32,000 bases of DNA from Gammaproteobacteria bacterium (GTDB lineage: Bacteria; Pseudomonadota; Gammaproteobacteria; HyVt-429): the NCBI GenBank assembly GCA_013152415.1, contig JAADGI010000014.1:36489-68488 (forward strand). Reading direction: 5' to 3'. Positions 17,541 to 27,324 of this stretch are shown piece after piece. The notes under the pieces were generated by a model. The model worked only from the letters and a program-made list of their open reading frames with translations, made no database searches and was not told the DNA's origin. How positions within the stretch are numbered: the stretch's first letter is position 1; the number at the start of each line of letters is the position of its first letter. The position numbers were made by a program, and so were the translations under genes.

Positions 17541-17921
17541 TCAAATTATAAAGTAACGTTTTGATTTAAAAGTGTTGTTTCTGGGATTCATTTTGGCGAC
17601 CCACACCAGATGCGCATTCTAACATGACCCTCGCACATAGATAATGCCACACGACATATTAGGGGTTAATTAGAGCCTGGCCTTGCCACCCCCCTATGGA
17701 TACTGGCCCACCTTGCACCTCACTTTCGTTGGGGAACTCATATAACATGGCCCGGTCCAAGCACTGAACAGTGACATTGCACAAACCCTCCGGTTATCGG
17801 AAAATGGGCCCTGTGAACAGTGCCACCGCAGTCTGCCCACCGCCGTCTGCTAGGAATGATGACCCAACTGACAACTCTTTTCATCAAATTGCTTCCCAAA
17901 AGACCTGTCCGACAAAACAAC

Positions 17922-18527
17922 ATGAAACCAAGCCAACTTATCTGCGCAGGACTCCTGATCAGCCTATTAACGAATGGGGGCCTGGTGGTCGCGGGCACCT
18001 CACCAACGCCCACCCTTGATGCCATCCCGGTATGCTATGACTTCGACTGCAACACCCGTCAGGTGGTGAGCCTGTCCCGTGAAGAATGGCAAGGGGTACT
18101 GGGCTGGCTACAACCGGCCGCGACCAACGCAGCAGAAGAACGTAAAAGGATTCGCCAGGCGATTGGGTGGATCGAAGAACTGATTGGGCGGCATACTCCC
18201 ACCCACCTGGATAGCGCCAAAAATGATCTCCTGCCCTCCCAGGCCGAAGGCCAGCAAGACTGCATCGATGAATCGCTCAATACCACGACCTACTTGCGTC
18301 TATTGGAACGTGAAGGACTACTTAAATGGCACCGGGTAGTAGACCGCGCCTATCGCAAGGCGATTCTGGATCAACACTGGGCAGGCCAGATCGAAGAAAT
18401 CGCTACAGGGCAGGGCTATGTGGTCGACTCCTGGTTTTCCGCCAACGGCCATCTACCCTTTATCCAGAAGGTCGAAAAATGGAAAAAAATACGCTATTTC
18501 CGCACCTCGTTTGACTACACCTTCTAG
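17922..18527 (+). CDS. hypothetical secreted/periplasmic protein
   Basis: From the ATG at 17922, MKPSQLICAGLLISLLTNGGLVVAG reads as a signal peptide. The mature part has four Cys (CYDFDC...C) and belongs to no family I recognise. The RBS is weak, and the longer track ORF from 17820 adds a non-signal-like extension. Confidence 0.55.
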   Translation: MKPSQLICAGLLISLLTNGGLVVAGTSPTPTLDAIPVCYDFDCNTRQVVSLSREEWQGVLGWLQPAATNAAEERKRIRQAIGWIEELIGRHTPTHLDSAKNDLLPSQAEGQQDCIDESLNTTTYLRLLEREGLLKWHRVVDRAYRKAILDQHWAGQIEEIATGQGYVVDSWFSANGHLPFIQKVEKWKKIRYFRTSFDYTF

Positions 18528-18547
18528 CGGTTTTCTTTCACCGCACT

Positions 18548-18732
18548 GGGACTCTCGCCAAGCCGCCAAGAGAAAAGTGCTCAATGGGGTTCGTGTTTTC
18601 TATGCGAGTGCTAATAGCACAGTAGGCATGGGCCTCGGTACGCCTGTGCCGAACCCGATACCATGGGCAAAAGCAGTTCTACCCTACAAGGGGGCACCGA
18701 GGTCTGCGTGCTTGGCGGCTTGGCGAGAGCCC
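18548..18732 (+). ncRNA. 185-nt long-hairpin element: candidate structured RNA with a 6S-like outline, or a REP/MITE-type repeat (most complete copy of the mosaic repeat family)
   Basis: The arms gggactctcgccaagccgccaag (18548-70) and cttggcggcttggcgagagccc (18711-32) give 19 perfect bp plus GGG/CCC across a 1-nt bulge. Inner helices are 18577-82/18692-97, 18585-90/18681-86 and a terminal hairpin at 18630-56. Three G-U pairs exist only on the plus-strand reading. There is an asymmetric central loop containing the mini-hairpin 18608-20. Confidence 0.4.
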
Positions 18733-18779
18733 ATTATTCCCCATAAATGGTCCACAATTTTTACTGAAGAGCCAAAATA

Positions 18780-19913
18780 TTGAATATTCCAAAAGGCAGT
18801 ACGATCGTCGTGGGTATGTCCGGTGGTGTGGACTCCTCTGTCGCCGCCATGCTATTGCTGGAACAAGGCCATCGAGTCCAGGGCCTGTTCATGAAAAACT
18901 GGGAAGAAGATGACACCGATGAATACTGTGCCGCTGCCCAGGACCTGGATGATGCACAAAGGGTTTGCGACCAGCTGGGTATCCCGCTCAAAACGGTCAA
19001 TTTCTCCACTGAATACTGGGATCGGGTATTCCGCCTTTTCCTGGATGAATATAGCGCCGGGCGTACCCCCAACCCGGATGTACTGTGCAACAAGGAAATA
19101 AAATTCAAGGCCTTCCTCGAATATGCTCTGTCCGGCGGCGCCGATTTTGTGGCCACAGGGCACTATGCACGCATCAAGAGAGAGGGCGATAAATTTCAAC
19201 TGCTCACCGGCAAGGACTCTCAAAAAGATCAAAGCTATTTTCTCCATGCCATTGAGCCTGCGGCCCTGTCACGCAGTCTGTTTCCACTGGGTGAACTGAC
19301 TAAAGACACAGTAAGAACATTAGCACGCAAGGCCACCCTTCCCACCCACGACAAAAAAGACAGTACCGGCATCTGTTTTATTGGCGAACGCAAGTTCACT
19401 GAATTTCTACGGCAATATCTACCCTCTCAACCAGGGGAAATTCATGATATTGAAGGCGAGCACAAAGGTGAACATCAGGGTTTGATGTACCATACCATTG
19501 GCCAGCGCCATGGCCTGGGTATCGGTGGTCCGGGTGAGCCCTGGTATGTGGTGGATAAAGATATTGAGAAAAATATTCTCTACGTAGCACAAGGGACTGG
19601 TCACCCTGCCTTGTTTAGCCAGGCACTCATTGCCAGTTCCTTACGCTGGCTAGACCAGCAATCGCCACATTTCCCGCTTCAATGCACTGCACGCATCCGC
19701 TACCACCAAGACGACCAGACCTGCACAGTACACGCATTGACCCAGGACCAGATCAATGTACAGTTTTCCAAACCGCAACGTGCCGTGGCGCCCGGCCAGT
19801 CGGTGGTGTTTTACCAAGGTGAAATATGTCTGGGTGGAGGAGTTATCCAAAAACGTGCAGGGACGCCCTATACATCCAAAGCAGGACGGCACTCTGCCAC
19901 ACAGAAACCATGA
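18780..19913 (+). CDS. mnmA: tRNA 2-thiouridine(34) synthase MnmA
   Basis: [15 protein letters not shown] is the PP-loop, and DQSYFL and CLGGG are also present. It is MnmA-like end to end. The apparent start is a TTG at 18780. Confidence 0.95.
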   Translation: MNIPKGSTIVVGMSGGVDSSVAAMLLLEQGHRVQGLFMKNWEEDDTDEYCAAAQDLDDAQRVCDQLGIPLKTVNFSTEYWDRVFRLFLDEYSAGRTPNPDVLCNKEIKFKAFLEYALSGGADFVATGHYARIKREGDKFQLLTGKDSQKDQSYFLHAIEPAALSRSLFPLGELTKDTVRTLARKATLPTHDKKDSTGICFIGERKFTEFLRQYLPSQPGEIHDIEGEHKGEHQGLMYHTIGQRHGLGIGGPGEPWYVVDKDIEKNILYVAQGTGHPALFSQALIASSLRWLDQQSPHFPLQCTARIRYHQDDQTCTVHALTQDQINVQFSKPQRAVAPGQSVVFYQGEICLGGGVIQKRAGTPYTSKAGRHSATQKP

Positions 19914-19934
19914 CGCGTGAATGCTTAGGTCTGT

Positions 19935-20528
19935 TTACTCGGCCTGTTTTTGTTCACGACGCTCTTGTAACTGCCTGCCCAGCATATGCCTAACCAATAG
20001 GTCACGGTCCTGTTCACGGATGTCGGTGAATTCTACCGCCACCCAATAGCGATGTTCAGGGTCATGCTCACTGCGTACCACCTTTCCCTGGGCCTTCACT
20101 CCCACCATGGATGACATCAACACCAGACGAATCTCCAATGGCGTACCAATGGGCAGCAGTTCATCAAGAGTGAAAGCAATCCCGCCGGCACCGAGACTCA
20201 CATCTCGTATATGATTCCCACTATGCTGAAGTTCCTGCATCATAAAGATTTGCGCCATTTGATTGAGTTTCTTATCGATCTCCCAAAGATACTTGGCCAC
20301 CTCTGGACTACGACTTTCAATCGTACTTAGCAGGGGCCTCATTTCCTGAGTGGTAGATGAAAATCTGGCGGCGAGCACAAATTGATCTACCCCTTGCTGT
20401 TGTTCACCGGGCCGATCTGACGGGACCACTGTATCTGGTGATAGCCGCTGGTAACGCAACATCACACTATCATTGACACGAAAAAAATTTCGCCGGTCTA
20501 CAGCACTTTGCGTTTTGACTTGAACCAT
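19935..20528 (-). CDS. PilZ-domain protein (c-di-GMP receptor candidate) encoded directly after motB
   Basis: RRNFFR (aa 12-17) is the RxxxR motif. DVSLGAGG (aa 109-116) is DxSxxG-like. AGGTGGG RBS. The start lies 10 nt after the motB stop. Confidence 0.8.
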   Translation of the reverse strand: MVQVKTQSAVDRRNFFRVNDSVMLRYQRLSPDTVVPSDRPGEQQQGVDQFVLAARFSSTTQEMRPLLSTIESRSPEVAKYLWEIDKKLNQMAQIFMMQELQHSGNHIRDVSLGAGGIAFTLDELLPIGTPLEIRLVLMSSMVGVKAQGKVVRSEHDPEHRYWVAVEFTDIREQDRDLLVRHMLGRQLQERREQKQAE

Positions 20529-20538
20529 GGCGACCCAC

Positions 20539-21963
20539 CTATTTCCTGGTTGTAGTGCTGATTGTAGAGGGGATCGTATGGCCTTTTAATTGCGGCATAT
20601 CTGGCTCCATCGGGTAGACTTTAGTAGCAGAAGGTACCGACCTGACAGGCCGGGCAGGCCGGGCACCATCGGGTGATTGATTCCTTTTCATTACACTAAT
20701 AGAGCCACCCTCAGCATCCTTGCCTTGCACGATGATTACCTCCACGCGACGATTTATAGCGCGACCAGAGGCGGTACGATTACTGTCCAAGGGCCGAGTA
20801 TCGGCATAGCCCTCTATGCGAAAGCGGCTGGGCTTGATGCTACTTACCGCCATCAACTCGTGGGCCACGGTTGCGGCCCGGGCCGCAGATAGATCCCAGT
20901 TGGACCTGAACCGTGCAGTGCGTATAGGCACACTGTCAGTGTGACCGGCGACGATAAATTCACCCTTGGAGGCCTCCAGTATATCACTCATCTTCATCAG
21001 GATCGGGTAGAAGGGCTCGATAAGGTCGGCATTGCCCGAAGGGAACGATCCCTTCTCGCGTATACGAATAATAATCCTACTGCCTTCAGCCACCACCTGA
21101 ATCAAACCTTGTTGGATCTCTTTCTTTAGGGATTTTTCTATGGCCTTGAGTTCTTTAGTGAGTGCCTCATCCTTCTCCTTGCCTTGAACGCCACCCACAT
21201 CATCTTTGGCCAAGATACCGAGATCCTTCTCTGCCGTACTTTTGGCCAGCTGGATATCCTTATCCATACCTGCTTCAGTCTGTTCAGGCATGCCCTTTAT
21301 TTTGGACGCCATATCCTCGGCCGCCTGAGCATCCTGGGCTTTGGCCATTTCCTGTCCCTTGAGGGTAGTCCCACTTTGCTGGGTATCGCCCTTGCTGTCT
21401 GTGACCGGGCTGGTAAATTCCTTGTCACTGTCCCCCAACCCGGTCAATCCCAACTTTTTTGCGCCTTCATGCTGGCCATGGGTATCCGGGGTTTCCTTAC
21501 CGGATTTTACCCCGACGATATTCTTTGCCTCTTGCTTACCCGGAGTCCCTTTGTCATCCTTCAGGCCCTTTTTGCTCAACACCATCTCTGGCTGAGGTGC
21601 CTGTGGCGATGACACTTCAATCTTGTCAGTTCTTTCATCCGGGACTTCCAGATTCCGCTTCATGTCCTGGGTGGTAAACTGGCGTACTTCATTACGGATG
21701 GTCATCACCGGCCGACCGGGACTGAACTCACGGGCAATAATATTGATACCCTTGGGGGTTTGCTTAACGTTCACATCCCGTTGCACACCGTAGGCCTCCT
21801 TCATGGAGCCTGCGAGTTGTTTAAATTTGAGCGCATCCATTTCAGAAAAAGACAGGAGCAATACAAAGAAGCTCATCAGCAAGGTCATCAGATCGGCAAA
21901 GGTCATCACCCATGCCGGTGAACCCTCGTCTACTTGCTCTTGATTGGCGATTGCCTCTTCCAT
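20539..21963 (-). CDS. motB: flagellar stator protein MotB/PomB family (OmpA-like C-terminal domain) with a long low-complexity linker
   Basis: PAWVMTFADLMTLLMSFFVLLLSFSEMD is the PomB/MotB plug-TM segment with the conserved Asp. The C-terminal IVAGHTDS.P......SNWDLSAARA..V is OmpA/MotB-type PG binding. I took the ATG at 21963 as the start. A GTG at 21981 is an alternative. Confidence 0.85.
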   Translation of the reverse strand: MEEAIANQEQVDEGSPAWVMTFADLMTLLMSFFVLLLSFSEMDALKFKQLAGSMKEAYGVQRDVNVKQTPKGINIIAREFSPGRPVMTIRNEVRQFTTQDMKRNLEVPDERTDKIEVSSPQAPQPEMVLSKKGLKDDKGTPGKQEAKNIVGVKSGKETPDTHGQHEGAKKLGLTGLGDSDKEFTSPVTDSKGDTQQSGTTLKGQEMAKAQDAQAAEDMASKIKGMPEQTEAGMDKDIQLAKSTAEKDLGILAKDDVGGVQGKEKDEALTKELKAIEKSLKKEIQQGLIQVVAEGSRIIIRIREKGSFPSGNADLIEPFYPILMKMSDILEASKGEFIVAGHTDSVPIRTARFRSNWDLSAARAATVAHELMAVSSIKPSRFRIEGYADTRPLDSNRTASGRAINRRVEVIIVQGKDAEGGSISVMKRNQSPDGARPARPVRSVPSATKVYPMEPDMPQLKGHTIPSTISTTTRK

Positions 21964-22013
21964 ATTTACCCAACCGGACACACAGCGGCCACTCGACTAA
22001 ACTCCCGCTGTGA

Positions 22014-22790
22014 TTATGCCGCTTCTTCTTGATCACCCTCGACCTTTTCACGCTTACTCCCAGGCAGGTATGTCTTCAGCATTTCTTCCATGAGTCTGGG
22101 GTTCATCCCTTCTTGTATGGCAGTGATTATCTCAAGGATAAGACGCTTGGTATTTCTCTCTTGACGACTGCGCAAGGCCAATTTATCGGCAATGGGATGG
22201 GCAAAGGCACTGGCAATAACCGCACCGTAAAGGGTAGTGAGGATGGCAACCGACATGGCGGGACCAATCTTCTTCGGGTCATCCATATTGGCAAGCATCT
22301 GCACCAGACCTACCAGGGTACCAATCATTCCCATGGCCGGGGCCACATCACCAATGGCCTTAAAGATGGATTTACCATCATCATGCCTCTCTATGGTGAG
22401 ATTAATGTCCTTGGCCAGCATACGCGCCACCAACTCCGGTTGGTGGCCATCTACTGCCAACTGAATCCCTTTTTTTAGAAATTCATTCTCGGTCTCACGT
22501 CCCTCCAAACCCAACAGGCCTTCCTTGCGGGCCACCTGGGCCAATTCAATACCCTCATTGATGAGATTCATGGGTTTGTCGTTGGAATAGAAAAACGCCT
22601 TCAGACCCACCGAAAACCCGGCAAAGATGTCGGATAGATTGAACTTGATCAGGGTGGCACCAAAGGTACCGCCGATCACAATCAACAAACCCGGCATATT
22701 TAAGAAAATCATGGGGCTGGGGCCAACCAGAATAGCCCCCACAATAACACCGAGGGCACCCAGCAGTCCCAGCGTGGTAGCGAGATCCAC
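22014..22790 (-). CDS. motA: flagellar stator protein MotA/PomA family
   Basis: 258 aa. MDLATTLGLLG..., GDVAPAMGMIGTLVGLV.ML.NMDDPK.IGPAM.VA.LTTLYGA closely follow the PomA/MotA channel signature. Confidence 0.92.
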   Translation of the reverse strand: MDLATTLGLLGALGVIVGAILVGPSPMIFLNMPGLLIVIGGTFGATLIKFNLSDIFAGFSVGLKAFFYSNDKPMNLINEGIELAQVARKEGLLGLEGRETENEFLKKGIQLAVDGHQPELVARMLAKDINLTIERHDDGKSIFKAIGDVAPAMGMIGTLVGLVQMLANMDDPKKIGPAMSVAILTTLYGAVIASAFAHPIADKLALRSRQERNTKRLILEIITAIQEGMNPRLMEEMLKTYLPGSKREKVEGDQEEAA

Positions 22791-23117
22791 TACTCCCTCC
22801 TATCTACTATAAGATATTGATATTTAAGGTTTAGCTGCCAAGTTCCACACAGAGTCTGAATTGAGCAAAAACCCGCTTCCGTACACCATGTGTATCGGTT
22901 TGGTGTCCCGATTCTTTAGCCCATTACCCTCCACTGTCGTGAACAATAAGGCCCAACACCCTGAAATAGCTGCGCTAAGATCGTCCTGACCGGGCAAATT
23001 CGGTAAAATCCCCTGTCCGCTATGTCTTTAACAGCAGCTGAGGTTCAACCTATACTGGGGACATCGCACGTAAAAGGCCCTATAACGACTCTACACCTGG
23101 GCCTTATCACCCTTTGA

Positions 23118-24596
<1,479 letters not shown>

Positions 24597-24653
24597 GGAC
24601 ACAATTTCCAGAAATTAATCCCCCAGTAACGCAGGGTGCACAGCAGGTATCCA

Positions 24654-25034
24654 CTACTGGGTTCTCCTGCCCAATTGTGAGCCAAAAACAAGAAGATAGA
24701 TTGCACTACCGATGGCCACGACTAAACTAATAACCGTAGTGTCTTGAACTGGCATACTGTGGATCACGAACATCAATACAATGGTGACAATGCTGATAAT
24801 TAGCGTGGCCAATGAAATAGCACGTATTATCTCTTGGCCCGGGGTGTAAATAGCAACCAGACAAATGACCACCCATCCTAAAAATGAGCCCCCTAGCATG
24901 CGCACGGTAACACTGTCATAGGCCCCCCGGCTGATCAGCTTATGGCTGGCTTCTGGATAAAACACCAAACCCAGGCCCCACGCCAAAAAAAGGATCGATG
25001 CCAAAGCCAGGGCTATCCGTACTCTTGTTTTCAT
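24654..25034 (-). CDS. small integral membrane protein (4 predicted TM), hypothetical
   Basis: 126-aa ORF made almost entirely of four hydrophobic helices. AGGA lies upstream of the ATG. No family recognised. Confidence 0.55.
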   Translation of the reverse strand: MKTRVRIALALASILFLAWGLGLVFYPEASHKLISRGAYDSVTVRMLGGSFLGWVVICLVAIYTPGQEIIRAISLATLIISIVTIVLMFVIHSMPVQDTTVISLVVAIGSAIYLLVFGSQLGRRTQ

Positions 25035-25139
25035 TGGTGTGTCCTAAATCGGTCTGAATAAGCACTTATATGCAAATGAATTCGCACTATACCCGTTATC
25101 TGTATGACTATAATCCCTCATCAATCCAATAGGTGCAAG

Positions 25140-25904
25140 ATGCCTCATACTCAGCTCACTGCCCGTCTTGTTATCATTTTGCTGTGCCTAAGCTGGGCAG
25201 GCTCGGCCCACAGCACTGAACTTGTACTGGAGGTTGTCTCTCTCAAGCACCAATTGGCCAAGGATTTAATTCCTGCAATACGACCCCTGTTAGGCCCCAA
25301 AGGCTCTATCAGCGGTGCGCAACAAAAACTGTTCATCAAAGACGACCCACAGAATATCACCCATATCAAGACAGCGCTCAAACAGCTTGATGTGGCCCAG
25401 GCCAACCTTTTGGTCAGCCTGCGTTTTTGGGATATTGGCAACACCAATCAAGGAGATATCCAGCACCAATATTCCACACAACGCCAGCAGAAACTGCAAA
25501 CCATACGGGTATTAGAGGGAAAAACAGGCTTTATTGAGGTGGGCAAAAGCCGGGTAGATACGCAGTACTTCGTCAACCTGGCCCACGACCAATTGGCGTT
25601 GACCGAATCAGAAGTGGTTCGCAGTGTAACATCGGGATTTTTAGTTACCGTCCACCTACTGCAAGGCATTGCTGATGTCAAAATTACACCGCGGTTCTCC
25701 TTTGCGGTGGATGACTCGCTACGTCATGTCCGATTTTACAATATGGCCAGCCAAATTAAGGTCCAATTAGGTCGATGGGCCATCATTGGTAGTAACGATA
25801 CAAACCTCAACGAGGTTCATGCTGCAATCTGGAACCAATACACCACCCATCGTGACGAAACAGCACGCATCCAAATAAAGGTCGAGAAGGTAGACAAGAA
25901 ATAA
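25140..25904 (+). CDS. short secretin-like protein: signal peptide, NolW-like/secretin N domain and a short beta-rich C-terminal part
   Basis: From the ATG at 25140 (AGGTG upstream), MPHTQLTARLVIILLCLSWAGSAHS reads as a signal peptide. LEVVSLKHQLAKDLIPAIRPLL...KLFIKDDPQNITHIKTALKQLDV matches the secretin N-domain pattern. TIRVLEGKTGFIEVG and FLVTVHLLQGIADVKITPRFS resemble secretin-core strands. Confidence 0.55.
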   Translation: MPHTQLTARLVIILLCLSWAGSAHSTELVLEVVSLKHQLAKDLIPAIRPLLGPKGSISGAQQKLFIKDDPQNITHIKTALKQLDVAQANLLVSLRFWDIGNTNQGDIQHQYSTQRQQKLQTIRVLEGKTGFIEVGKSRVDTQYFVNLAHDQLALTESEVVRSVTSGFLVTVHLLQGIADVKITPRFSFAVDDSLRHVRFYNMASQIKVQLGRWAIIGSNDTNLNEVHAAIWNQYTTHRDETARIQIKVEKVDKK

Positions 25905-25979
25905 GCCGCCGAAAAAACGAATCCCCGACAACTCGTGCTGACAATACGTTTAGTACTTCGACAGCGATACAGCCAGAGG

Positions 25980-26345
25980 CTATCCGTGCGCGGGAGTGGC
26001 AGCAGCTTGGTGGGATTGCACCTCCATCGCCGGAGATTGGTTCATCATCTTGCACAAGGCCGCCGAGGCACTGAGCTCCAGATTACTGAACATTGCACCC
26101 ACACCATCCGACTCACTACGTACAACGAGCGCAGGCACACGCATACGTTGTCGATCCTTCTGTGATCCGAGGGAAAAAACAACATCCAAGGCAGCATTCA
26201 GGGGCAACTGTACCGAAGGTAACTTGATGAACATCCCTTTCAGGCTGATATCACGGCTTACACCTCGCAGTATACCGAGGCCACTATAGTAAATAGCCAC
26301 ATGCACCTCAAACTCTTTACGTGGATTCCATCGACGTTCCAACAT
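25980..26345 (-). CDS. small PilZ-domain protein
   Basis: RRWNPR (RxxxR) is followed 22 residues later by DISLKG (DxSxxG). AGGAGG lies 5 nt upstream of the ATG at 26343-45. Confidence 0.7.
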   Translation of the reverse strand: MLERRWNPRKEFEVHVAIYYSGLGILRGVSRDISLKGMFIKLPSVQLPLNAALDVVFSLGSQKDRQRMRVPALVVRSESDGVGAMFSNLELSASAALCKMMNQSPAMEVQSHQAAATPAHG

Positions 26346-26630
26346 AATCACCTCCTAACCCATTGCGACGACACCCAACAGGGGCGGAAACCGCGCCCAA
26401 GTCTTAGCTCATGCTCACACCCTTTGAGGGGATTAGCATACAGTATAGACGCCCACATCAAATTCGCTATTTATCTGCCATGGCTTTGTAATTTCCATCC
26501 TATACATAGACTTACACATAAAAACAAAATGAATCACTTTATGTTTTAACAGCAACCTATTGAAAATAATATAAAAATACCGTCAAAATTGTCAGCCTCT
26601 TGCCCACCACCCATCCCATACGAGGCCAAC

Positions 26631-27317
26631 CTAGCCAAGGCACTCACGAATCCATACACCAATATCTTGTATCTCTTCGCCAATAACATTGTGCCCCATG
26701 GGGTACTCATGAAATACGGCAGCGGGATTGACCCCCCTAACTCGTTCATAGGACTGGCAACCCATAGAGAAGTCGACTACCGGGTCTTGACGCCCATGGG
26801 CAAAAAAAACGGGTGTACCCCGATTGGCATCACTGATCTGCACAGAAAGCTCAGACGCCAAAGGCAGATAGCAGGACAGGGCCAGAATCCCCGCCAGAGC
26901 TTGATCAAAACGCAGACCCGCATAAAGCCCGAGGGCGCCCCCCTGAGAGAACCCACCAACAATGATGCGTTGTGACGCTATTCCCTGGTCTATCTCACAC
27001 TGAATCAGCTTATCGATATATTGTTGAGACTGCGTTATACCCACCTTGTCCTCTGCAGACGACGCATCAAGGCCCACAATGTCATACCAGGCACGCATCA
27101 CATGGCCCATATTCAATGTCACTGGACGCATGGGTGCGTGAGGAAATATGTAACGTAATCCCAAGTCTTCAGGCATACCGAGTTCGGGCACAATACCGGC
27201 AAAATCATTCCCGTCCGCCCCCAACCCATGAAGCCAAATAACACTGGCAGTGACGGGACCACCGGTTTCTATCAAAATGGGCTCAACGTCATCGTAATGA
27301 ATTGTCATATCGGCCAT
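26631..27317 (-). CDS. alpha/beta hydrolase, phospholipase/carboxylesterase family (YpfH/EstB-like)
   Basis: VIWLHGLGADGNDF, the GFSQGG nucleophile elbow, and a C-terminal GRQDPVV...H triad context. The 228-aa size is typical. Confidence 0.85.
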   Translation of the reverse strand: MADMTIHYDDVEPILIETGGPVTASVIWLHGLGADGNDFAGIVPELGMPEDLGLRYIFPHAPMRPVTLNMGHVMRAWYDIVGLDASSAEDKVGITQSQQYIDKLIQCEIDQGIASQRIIVGGFSQGGALGLYAGLRFDQALAGILALSCYLPLASELSVQISDANRGTPVFFAHGRQDPVVDFSMGCQSYERVRGVNPAAVFHEYPMGHNVIGEEIQDIGVWIRECLG

Positions 27318-27324
27318 AGCCCAT

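Noticed and set aside
17738-18025. 95-aa and 82-aa ORFs in the long icd upstream region (17738-18025 minus, 17771-18019 plus).
   Set aside because: They are mutually overlapping mirror ORFs with no RBS. They overlap the better-supported signal-peptide gene starting at 17922 and have an arbitrary-looking sequence.
18418-18783. 121-aa plus-strand ORF spanning the gap upstream of mnmA.
   Set aside because: It overlaps the end of the preceding gene and the whole 185-nt hairpin element. Its reading frame is explained by that inverted repeat, and it has no domain signature.
21981-22012. 8-bp hairpin (CACAGCGG...CCGCTGTG) bridging the motA stop and motB start, considered as a regulatory element.
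   Set aside because: The stem is short with a 16-nt loop. It could modulate translational coupling, but nothing distinguishes it from chance, so it is not reported as a feature.
20539-22790. The MotA/MotB pair as a Zorya-type (ZorAB) anti-phage system.
   Set aside because: The MotA is 258 aa and aligns by eye along its whole length with PomA. ZorA proteins are much larger and carry a long C-terminal tail, and no ZorC/D-like genes follow. The third gene is a PilZ protein, which fits motility control.
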